A stretch of 63,600 bases of DNA, counting the filler, from Conidiobolus incongruus B7586 (Eukaryota): NCBI GenBank assembly GCA_000697335.1. It is 14 parts of 14 records of this genome, joined end to end, with 100 filler letters (N's around TTAATTAATTAA, not from the genome) between each part and the next. Parts side by side here need not be neighbours in the genome. Positions count along the whole stretch, not along the records: positions 51,766 to 56,442 come from JNEM01000577.1; positions 56,543 to 61,772 come from JNEM01000578.1; positions 61,873 to 63,600 come from JNEM01000604.1; 11 more parts are not named here. The stretch is one strand, 5' to 3'. This document shows, one piece after another, positions 53,101-63,600 of this stretch; positions within the stretch are counted from its first letter, which is position 1, and each line of letters opens with the position of its first letter. Made by a program: the position numbers and the translations under genes. The notes beneath the pieces are model-generated. The model saw only the letters and a program-made list of their open reading frames with translations. It did no database searches and was not told where the DNA came from.

Positions 53101-55414
53101 TAATTTATAATTTATTTAAGTATTAAGTAATAACTCTTATAATTATTGAAATTTACTCGCTATATTTTTTTAATTTATTTTGTATCAAAAAAACATTAAT
53201 AACTATTATTATTATTTAATCAAATTCAAATTAATATAAAAATATTAACTCAGTTCATTTTATTGTTAGTAAATAATTAATTATATATATAATAACTTAA
53301 TTTCAGTACTTTTTTATTTTATGTTATTTTTAAATTTAAGTCAACTTAACTATTATTTCAATATTATATTTTGAAAACCTATTTCCATTAATATTTATTA
53401 AGGAATCTCTTATTAAAAGTTAATATATATTAGTATACTCAATATGATCTTTATTATTTGCTATTAAATTCATTTTATAAAATATCAATGACAAAAATCA
53501 TCATTGATTATAATTTTTATTTTGTCTAAAAAGTCATGTTATGTTTTATTATAATATAATAGACATGATATTTATACTAAGCTTTTTATCAATCATTGAG
53601 AGTCATTTTATATCTAATTATAATAATAGAAATATATAGTTTATAAATCAAGGTTTAATAAATAAAATACCAATTTAATTCTTTTAAACCAGTGAATATT
53701 ATCGAAATAGTGAAGGTGACTTTTATAATTGATTATTTTTCATTTCCAAATTAAGATTCACAATATTATTTAATCAAATTCTAACATTTTTTTATTAATA
53801 ATTAATTGTTTAATTTTATTATTACAGCTATTATTATATATTCTATAAAAACTAAGTTTATATATTAAAAGCCTTAGACAACCAAACTAAAATATTTATT
53901 AATTGATAAATCTTAGCTACTATACATTTCTTCTTATTCTAATTTATTATATATTTATTTCAATCCAAAATGCTCTATGTTCAGAGATTAAAAGTTCATT
54001 AAATATTCATTCAATAATCAGTTTGAAAATGAATTTAATATTATTTATTAATATAAAATTTATTTTCCTAATTAGTAATTAAAATTTAACAACAATATAA
54101 ATGAAATTTAGTGAACATTTTGTATATGGAATTTTACTATAAATTATTAAAAATATGATTTGGATAATAGTCTTAATTTTATTAAATATTTATGTATTTA
54201 TAGAAAATTTAATCATTAATATTATAATATCAAAATATTTAATTTATATCAGTTGTCCAGTTTAATTAGAATATTTTAATTATTCCGAGTCAAAATTGAA
54301 TATTTATGAATTGATTTTAATCTTTTAGCCAATATTGATATAATATAAATTTTAGTAATTGTTTTCTTTTAATACTCATTTTGATTATGAAATGATATCA
54401 TAATTAGAATTACCCAAAATTGAAAAACTAAAGATATGAAAAATAATAATTTTACATGTTTAAGTTTATAATGGGTAAAATAATAAATTAGAATTCCATT
54501 AAAATATATTTTATACTTAATTTTAATATTGAAATTTCATTAACATATAACTTGAATAATCTTGGCTAAATCAAAGCCACATAATTTGTCAATTTAGTTA
54601 TATCAATTTCACTTTGTGCATTTCGTTATTAATATATATAATATTCAGTATTGATAATATTTTAAATTTTATAATTTAAACCTCTATCCTCAATCCAAGC
54701 AAATATTAAATAAATATTATTCTATCAAATAAAATTATTATTATTATTACAATGATTATATTATTACAAAATGCTTTATGTATTTTAATAATTATACTAA
54801 ATAACTAATACTTAAATTATAAGGTCAACTTTGGATAATCAAAAACACCAATAAATTTTAAATCTATTACAGATAAACTTTTTTATATTGCAATATATTT
54901 AATTAAATAATTCAAGGGCTGAACCTTATTTAGCTTTTATACTTTCTCATAATTGATTACCTGTATCCCAAAAGTATCTTTTTTTCTCTTCTATATTCAC
55001 AGTCTCACTTGATCTAAAACTCGATGTATTAAATCAATTTGAGCTTTGTTTTATTTCAAATTAATTGTCTAAAAATTATTTAAGATTATTTTACTAAAGT
55101 TGAAATATATTAAAATCAAATATGCTTAGTTATTGAAATAAAAAAGAATTAAATTATAAATTATATAAAATCTATTTTAAACTATATTTTTATACTATAG
55201 TTTATATTATTTTAGTTTAAAAAATATATATATAATATTTTTAAAATTAAAATTTTAAGTTTTAAAATATTTTTTTTATTATTTTTAAAGTTAAAATTAA
55301 TTTTAATTAAAATTTTTATGAAATTAGAATTAATTAGGAAATTAAAGAATAATTGGAAACTGTATAAATATCTAATATAAACGTGAATCTAAATATATAT
55401 TATTTTCAACTAAA

Positions 55415-56209
55415 ATGTTCGAAGTAAAGGATTTTAATTATATTACTGTGATGGGATCCACTGTTGTACTTATTGAAGCAGCTGTACTTCAAATTGTGTT
55501 ACAATTGACTGTTTATAACAAATTCAATTTTTGCATTCAATATTTAGCCATATTCGGGACAATATTGACGAATTTAGGTATGTTACTATCTGATCAGCTA
55601 AGAGACCCATCTATCAATTATATTCTGGCACTAATGACTAATACGGGGTATACGTTATATTGTTTTCTTTATTTTTTGCTGTTTTTTAGACAGACTAGGA
55701 TTTTGTTTGGGTTTTATTTCAACAAAATATATCAGTTATGTCTAGTAGTATTTATGGGTTTATTACTACCTCAATTTTATACTTATTGTATGGCGAATTG
55801 GTCGGATGAAGATGGTCCATACTATGGCAGAATGACCAGTTTAATTGATTGTATTCTAGTCAGTTTACTCACTATTTGTGAAGCTTCCGTAAATATAGCA
55901 GTGCTTTATAAAATAACGCAGGCGTGCCGCAAAACGAGAAACGGTCAATATAACTTAATCTTATTCAAATTGTGTCTGGTACTCATCTTATTTTTTATAC
56001 TCGATACAGCTGTTGTAGTTATGACTGAAATGAACTTTGGTACAATTGTATATGGTATTAAAGCGTTGGTTTATGCATTGAAAATTCAAACTGAATATGT
56101 TTGCCTGAGTAAGATTCGATATATTTATTTAATATTACAGAATTATGATAATGCTTATTATAATCCCCGGTCCTCTACATTTTCATATACAATCGAATCA
56201 AGATATTAA
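55415..56209 (+). CDS. Orphan integral membrane protein with about 7 TM helices (putative GPCR-like), 264 aa, intronless
   Basis: Long ORF in AT-rich context with seven hydrophobic segments by eye; TATAAATA about 50 nt upstream. Confidence 0.75.
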   Translation: MFEVKDFNYITVMGSTVVLIEAAVLQIVLQLTVYNKFNFCIQYLAIFGTILTNLGMLLSDQLRDPSINYILALMTNTGYTLYCFLYFLLFFRQTRILFGFYFNKIYQLCLVVFMGLLLPQFYTYCMANWSDEDGPYYGRMTSLIDCILVSLLTICEASVNIAVLYKITQACRKTRNGQYNLILFKLCLVLILFFILDTAVVVMTEMNFGTIVYGIKALVYALKIQTEYVCLSKIRYIYLILQNYDNAYYNPRSSTFSYTIESRY

Positions 56210-57949
56210 TTATTTATAATTTTAAATTATTCAATTAATTTTTCATATTTATTAACAATTAAAATATCCAGTAATTTAATTATTAACCTTTTATATTTTT
56301 TTATAATTTTCATTATTGAATATTTTAATATTTTTTGATAGTTAAAAAAATAATTCAATAATAAAAGATGACTTTGACTTTTGATAATTTTAAATATCAA
56401 TAATAATATGTAATATACTATTTATAATAATTATATTACAGANNNNNNNNNNNNNNNNNNNNNNNNNNNNNNNNNNNNNNNNNNNNTTAATTAATTAANN
56501 NNNNNNNNNNNNNNNNNNNNNNNNNNNNNNNNNNNNNNNNNNAATTTGATATATAATATATCAAATATCAATATTAAATTATGAAATATTGGAATATAGA
56601 AGTTTTTTAGAAATATATTAAAAAGTTATTAATAAATAAAAGTATAATAATAATCAAAAAATATAAACTTTATATTTTTTTATTTATTCTTATATATCAT
56701 ATATCAATAATTATATTAAATTTTAATCTTAAAATTATGTAATTTAATTCCTAGCGCAATATATTAAAATTTAAACTATCCATTATTTCCCGTTAATATT
56801 ACCCTTAAATTTACAATCATAATTTTTTTTAAGATTATAAAAAGGTTTAGAAATAATTGATATTATAATAATAATTTTATAAGTTATATATTATATATTG
56901 GATAAGCTTTTTTTGTTGATTACTTTATCTATTAATTAAACAACTATATATTCTATTATTCAAGTTTATTAACTTACATACTGTACTTAATAAATCAAGT
57001 AAAACATCTCACAAAATCATTATATTAATATAATCATCAATGAAAATAGTTTAAATCTATTAATTTGTCATTTATAACCGATTAATGATTGAGCTGTATT
57101 GAATTTAATCTTTTATAACAATGGTCTACATATAATATAATGTCTATATAGTATAAAATAGTAAATATATAAGAGGTATTATAAAAGATAATGCTTGTTT
57201 TATGAAATTCATTGACATCTGATATGAGTTTTAAGCTGCAAAACAATTCAACTGCTGATTATTATCACTACTTAGAACAATATCAAAAACACTCAGAGGC
57301 AAAATTGAGATGGAGGTTACTAATGATATAATGCAATATGTGACCTTTAATATATGATTGAAAGAAATTATTACTCTTTCAACATTCAAAAAACAGTTGT
57401 CATTCCAGAATAACCTATTATAATACGATTAGATACCGACTTGTTATCACATAATAGGCGTTTCACCAATATGATATTATAATGAGCCTGTTTAAAGATA
57501 CTGAGAAATATTAAAGTTCCACAAGAATCGCAGTCAAAAATTAATCTCAGTGATTTTTCAATATTTGCCAAATATAGTAAAAAATTTGAAATAAATATCA
57601 ATTAAGCAATTAACAAAATATATAATACTATAAGAGTTGATAAAATCAAATGGAGCTCTTAAATTAATTTTTGGTTGATATTTTATATTGTTTTATTGTA
57701 TCATAATAACAATTAAATATTCCATAAAGTTACAATGAAAAATAATATTGAATTTCAAAATTCAAAACATTTATTGTGTTGATTCAAATAATACAAGTCA
57801 CCAATGAATGTTGATTAGATCAATGGTCTGGATTAGTTAATATTGTTTTAGTTATGCCAAAGCATTTTTCAAATTCAATATTGATTCCTTATTTGATATC
57901 TATCAAATTTTGACAAATATACTAATTATTCACATTGCTACAATATTCA

Positions 57950-58480
57950 ACTTTGACTTAAATTTTTATTCCTATAGTTCCAACTTGGGTGAAACCCCAA
58001 TTGTTTCAGGTAAGTACCCAGCTAATCAGAAAATTTTGTAATACCATCTTGACCAAATTTTTATCAATTGCTGTAGCCTTTAACAGTAAGCTATATACAT
58101 GTATATGCCACTTCACTACTTTGATTATTTCCAAATTCCCTTAAAGTATACAAGGAATAAAAAATATTTAAATAAAAATTAATTCACAAATTTATAGATT
58201 ATTGGGAGAGATAAAGTTATTAAAAAAAGGTTGATATGGTACAATATCAGTATAGTCAAACATTTCCAACTTTGCTGGCTAGCCACCTCGTCAAGTACTC
58301 GGTACTAGTCATTAACGGATTAATACAAGTCCTGACAATGCACTTACTTCGTCAAATCTCATTTAACATTTCTGAACTATTGATTGCTATAATAATGAGA
58401 GTATATAACTTACAATCTCATCAAAGGATGATACAAGATACATTTTCCTGATATTAGCTGGTATATAAAACACAATTAGA
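57950..58480 (-). pseudogene. Decayed gene fragment, possibly class 3 lipase
   Basis: Across shifting frames: VSALSGLVL, G*P(fs)KVGN, YTDIVPYQP, ...AYTC...GYSN...LGTYL. These are colinear with Lipase_3 motifs (GQPRVGN, DIVPHLP, CSN, HLxY). No GHSLG seen. Confidence 0.25.
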
Positions 58481-59106
58481 GAGAATAAGGTTGATTAATT
58501 ATAAATTTAATATTTAAACTAATTGTCATTTTATATAATTTAAAAATGAAAATATTTAATATTGATATGTACATAAGAACTTTAATATAAAAATATATCA
58601 CCTTTATATTTTTTAGTAATATTTATATATAACATAATGAAATATCGTATTAGGTGATTTTAGATCGATATAAAATTTATAAAAATAAAATGATTAAAAT
58701 TAGAAATTTTTTATTTTTTTAAAGCAATCGTAAATTAAATCAATTTAAAATTACTAATATGGATATAATTCATTATTATTATGAATCTTATGTGGCTTGA
58801 AATATATATTATTTGATGACTTAAATACATTTCAATTTATTTTAAAATTTATAATTCATATCTTTTATTTATTAATTATTTTTGATAATAAATAATTTAT
58901 AAAATTTAATATTAAAAACCATATTGAAAAAAAATTACATAGTTTATAAAATATAAAAATTTCAAATTGATACTTTTAATTTTTAAATTAATATAAAAAT
59001 ATATATTTTAATTTATTAAAATTATATATTAGTTTCTAAAATAAGAATCTATTTATACTTTGCATCTTTTAAAATCATTTCCAATTCTAAATCTTCGTAT
59101 TATACA

Positions 59107-60005
59107 ATGAACCCTAATGACCCTGAAGGATATTATATTAATGCTTTAAGAATGGTATTTATTATTGTTGGATTATTTGGTTTATTATTTACTTCAATTT
59201 TATTAGTTATTTTAGTCAAAAAAATTAAAAAATCAGGTCATGAGGATACTATTTTAACCCTAATTACTGTGATATTTGATTGTATTGGTAGTGGCGGTTT
59301 GGTATTTCGTGGAATTTTTACACAAGTTCCTTATAATATACTAATGGTTCATCCAGGTTGGTGTGCTTATGATATATTAGCAAATTCCTATTCATTATCA
59401 TATTCCGCTAATTCGTTATGCTTATTAAGTATCGAGAGAGTATTATTAATTGTATTTAAACAAAAATTTCCAATTATTTTCTGGGTTGTAATATTTATCT
59501 TAAAGATGGGTCCAGGTTTGGCATTGGGTGTATATAACATCACACTAGGCGATCAAGTAATATCTCCTGTTGAAATTATGTGTCTTTTTAATTAACCCCA
59601 GAATCTAAAATGCTTTACACGACTGTCATAGTATTATCAGTTGTTCCTTATGCATTGACCACAATATCTTATACAATTATAATAATATTTTCTTGTAGGC
59701 AATGTTTAAAACAACTTGAGCTGAATTTGAACAAATCGAAAGTTTATCAAGAATGCAGGGCTATTATATTCAAATCACTAATGTTCATGTTTCCATTTTT
59801 AACTATGTATTCTGGAAGACCTTTCATTTGGATTTACGAGAGTGTAACTGGTAAAAGGCGAACTTGGAATATGGAATATGTTGCTTTACTATTATTATCA
59901 ACAACAGTTATTGTAAATTGTTTAACTGTATTGTTTATGAATAAGGAAGTTAAGAAAAATTTCATAATATTTTTACAATATATTAAATTCAAATTATTCA
60001 AATAA
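59107..60005 (+). pseudogene. Class A (rhodopsin-like) GPCR-like gene with a single 1-nt frameshift at ~59590-59592 (pseudogene or sequencing error); about 299 aa if restored
   Basis: ORFs 59107..59595 and 59610..60005 are in different frames and join by adding one base. Seven TM segments, GWC before TM3, LLSIER (DRY-like), ECL2 Cys (IMCLF), VNCLTVLFMNKEVK in TM7/helix 8. Confidence 0.8.
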
Positions 60006-60246
60006 AATTGTTTATATCTGGTAAATTAAATTAATACACATTGAATATTATAATTAAGTCAATGTATTCTCTAAATAAACGATTTATTTAATTATGTTTA
60101 ATAGTTTAATCTATTTTTTCATATATTTAAAGAGCCAATATTTAACCAATGATAGTCTTTCCTTTAGTTTATACTTACAATCATTTCAATGATTTTAAAA
60201 TTATAATATTATCTAATAGATTTATTCAATTAGGGTCATTTCATTT

Positions 60247-60251
<5 letters not shown>

Positions 60252-60281
<30 letters not shown>
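60252..60281. repeat. (TA)15 microsatellite
   Basis: Read directly from the sequence. Confidence 0.9.
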
Positions 60282-60282
<1 letters not shown>

Positions 60283-60941
60283 GATGATTTATGAATTTTT
60301 AATTCGCTAATTAATTAGTATTAAATTAATTCTTAAAAACTATTTATAGTTATTTTAACCAATCAATCTATAAAAACTAATTTCATTGACTCATATTTTA
60401 ATTTGGATTGAAATCTGAAAATATCGATTTGTTATAGAAAATAAAAGCAATAATTCTAATCATTTGAAAATTTATATGTCTAAAGAACGTTCTACACTTA
60501 ATGACAGAAAGTTAACTAATTGTTAAAAAATCACCTTATTTAAATTGATTACAGTTTTAATATTGAAATATAAAAAAGATAAATATAATATCTCAAATAT
60601 TATAAAATAATTTGTTTATATTATTTATTCAATTATATAAATATATAAATATATATTTAATTATTTACTGATTACTTAAATTTAAAAAATAGGGTTAAAA
60701 AAATAAGACTTTAAAGAATACAAAGCAGTTTGATTAAATATATCCATTAAATATTAATATTAAATATTTGTTAATAATAATTTAAATAAATTAATTTTAA
60801 TGGTTATTAAAAGTTATATATTAATTATTTAAAAAATACAAAATAATATAAAATTTTTATAAATTTTGGCTAATAAATATATAAATACAAATAGTGTTTT
60901 TATATTATTTTAGTTATAATTATAAAAATAATTTGTTTTTT

Positions 60942-61772
60942 TATTATTAGTTTATAATTTATATAATGGGAATTTTTTGTAATTAAAAACAAATTGACCT
61001 TTTGGTATATAAAAGATTAGAATAAATATATAATATAAAATAGATATTTTTTTTATTTCAAAATTTTTTTTGTTATATTTTTGGCAAAGTTCTAATATCT
61101 AAATAATGGTTGATTTTATTAAAAATAGAAATATAATATTTTACAAACAAATTAAAATTTTTTATAAAAATATTTCTTTTTATAAGTTGGTTTTTTAATT
61201 ATTTAAAAATAATTATAATTATATAGGTTATAAGCTAAAGAATATATTAAATATGGTAATTTTTTCTAGTTATTTTTAATTAGAATTTTTTTACAATTTT
61301 AGCTTTATATATTTTACAATTATTATGCAAAATAATAAGTCTTTTCAAACTATATCAAGGATATTATTTAAAAATAATTTAATTTAAAAAGTCAAATATA
61401 TAATTTATTATATAATTATTATTTATTTATTAACAAAATATTTATTTAAACTAGTTTATAAAAGGGGTTGATTCAGCTTAATTTAGCTTTTTAATTTGTG
61501 TTTTGATAAATGTTTATATAAAAAAATAACATCTATCAATTATAATAATTTTTTGTAAAATTTTAATTTTAAGTTATATTTTAATAAATTTATTTAATAA
61601 TGGCTGCTTTAGCTTTTTTTTGAGTTTTAGTTAAATTATAAGATAATTATTTTATATCCTATTAATTAATTTAAGTTTAATATATATAAAATATTTATAT
61701 AACTAATATTAAAATATATTAATAATCTCTTAAATATTTAATATAAATATTTTTTAATATATATTTTTTATT
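60942..61772 (-). mobile_element. Mariner relic, truncated by gap
   Basis: Minus-strand KRLIILHNNCKIYKAKIVKK (the HDN second-D motif); colinear with the adjacent copy. Confidence 0.8.
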
Positions 61773-62282
61773 NNNNNNNNNNNNNNNNNNNNNNNNNNNN
61801 NNNNNNNNNNNNNNNNTTAATTAATTAANNNNNNNNNNNNNNNNNNNNNNNNNNNNNNNNNNNNNNNNNNNNTTGATAAAAATATTTTATATAATATAAT
61901 TAATTAATAATATTCTCATAAATAATTATATTAATAAATTTATTATAAAACTTTTGAATATTCTTTTTGAACAATAGATAATAAATATAGAAATATGATT
62001 CCTTTGATTTAATATTTGATTTTAAATAAAACCAAACTGATTTACCCATTTTATAATTTTAAAACAAAAAATAGATATAGATATTTGAAATATAAATTAA
62101 ATATCTAATATATTTAAACTTTATTTGCAATATATATTATCACCACCAAATAAATTAAAAATTCAAACTAATACAATTATTACCATTAAATTTAAGTTTA
62201 AAATAAATATTAAATTATAGATATTATTTTAGCAATTGCAATATATAAAAAAATTTGGTTCAAATTTTGTTGATATTTATAA

Positions 62283-63580
62283 ATATAACTTTGTAATTTA
62301 AATAATAGGAATTTTTTGCAATTGAAAAAAATAAACATTTTAATATATAAAATGTAAAAATAAATATATAATATATAATTATTAATTTTCTTTATTTTTA
62401 ATAATTTTTTGCTATATTTTTGGTGAAGATCTAATATTTAAAAAATTATACTTTTTATTAAAAACTGAAATTTGATATTTCACAAATTAATTAAATTTTC
62501 CTGCAGAAATTTTCTTTCTTTAAGCTGGTTTTTTAATTACCAAAAGCAATTATAATTATATTGGTTATAATCTAGGGAATATATTAAATATGATAATTCT
62601 TTCAAGTTATTTTTAATTAGAAAGTTTTTTATAGTTTTATATTTATGTATTTGATATTTATTATACAAAATAATAGGTTTTTCAAATTATATTTAGAATA
62701 TTAATTTAAAATAGTTTTATTTAAACAAGAGATATAAAGTATATTATTAATTTAGATTGTTTTAGGAACTAAATAAAAATAGCATATGCTATTATAATCT
62801 ATTATAACAATTAACATTTATTTATCAACAAAGTATTTATTTAAAAAAATCAATAAAGGGAGTTGATTTAGCTTAATTTAACACTTTGATTCATGTTTTA
62901 ACAAAGGATTATATTAAAGAATCTAAGATTCATTAATTATAATAATTTATTATAAAAGCTTTAATTTCTAGCTATACCTTAGTAAGTTTTGTTTAGCAAT
63001 AACTATATTAATTTTTTATTAAATTTTTGTTAAATTATAATATATTTATTTTATATTTTTATTAATTAACTTTTATATATATTAAATACTTAATTGACTA
63101 ATATTAAAGTATCTTGATAGTTCTCTAGTTAAAATAAAAAGATGATTTTCAAAATAATTTTTTACTTTATTAATAATTAGAAAAGTGAGAGTTAAAATTA
63201 GTTTTTAAGATTTTAATAAGTTTTAGATAGTTTTTCTCCTAGTTTTAAAATAATTTACCTAGCAATAAATTGTTAATTTAGATAGTACTTTATTATTAAA
63301 AGCTACTTATAAATTTTAAATGATTTTAGAGGGTTTATGGTTAAATTTTACTGATACTAAAATAAAAAACTTTTGATAGTTATTATTTAGTTTAAAAATA
63401 ATTAAATTAAATAATTAATTTTAAAAAATTAATTTTTTAAATAAAAAAATTATTATATATATAATTTAAAATTATTTACTTTCTTATTTGTTTTGTATAT
63501 ATTTTTATATTTAAAACTAATAATATGTTTAAAAGATTAGAAATTAAAAAATTTCCCATTTTTTAATTTTATAGTAAGAT
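62283..63580 (-). mobile_element. Mariner (DD34D) element relic, full length ~1.3 kb with degenerate TIRs; transposase remnant ~63385-62385
   Basis: Minus-strand remnants in order: HTH region (TIYC*VNYFKTRR, TRELSRYFNIS), K*IYYNLT (WVPHxL), IIIINES*I, KPIILYN, YSLDYNQYNYNCF, LKNQLKERKF, PKI*QKII. Right end (ttcccattttttaattttatagtaa) is roughly the reverse complement of the left ends at 62283 and 60942. Confidence 0.85.
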
Positions 63581-63600
63581 TATTTTATATTTTTAATAAT

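Larger units (their letters stand above)
5725..61872. other. Thirteen artificial 100-bp scaffold linkers (N44-TTAATTAATTAA-N44)
   Basis: At 5725, 10841, 15658, 20236, 24813, 29316, 33778, 39156, 43729, 47750, 51666, 56443 and 61773. The spacer places stop codons in all six frames. Confidence 0.95.

Noticed and set aside
59590..59610. Stop-codon readthrough, selenocysteine or an intron joining the two GPCR ORFs
   Set aside because: The stop is TAA, the ORFs are in different frames, and no suitable GT-AG intron spans the junction; a 1-nt deletion is simpler.

Overview
Very AT-rich eukaryotic (fungal) genomic scaffold. Short GT-AG introns (~50 nt), class-A GPCR-like genes, a fungal transcription-factor domain and an intronless S8 protease suggest an early-diverging fungus such as Conidiobolus/Entomophthoromycota (inference). 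The window is 14 contigs joined by 13 identical 100-bp N/TTAATTAATTAA/N linkers. Genes reconstructed by hand: mitochondrial NAD+ carrier (NDT1-like), TMA7, subtilisin S8, a small C2H2 protein, a convergent pair of double-hotdog acyl-CoA thioesterases that both end in SKL, a degenerate Zn-cluster transcription factor, REV7, a minimal SET/post-SET protein and an orphan 7TM protein. There is also a GH25 muramidase pseudogene and a frameshifted class-A-like GPCR. Much of the AT-rich intergenic DNA is decayed transposon: six same-orientation mariner (DD34D) copies, a Ty3/Gypsy pol relic and two probable Penelope-like RT fragments, all with heavy C>T/G>A decay. Most notable: the very regular ~4.6-kb spacing of assembly breaks in AT-rich troughs, the RIP-like decay of repeats, and the tail-to-tail peroxisomal thioesterase pair. 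All protein family calls are by eye; no searches were run.
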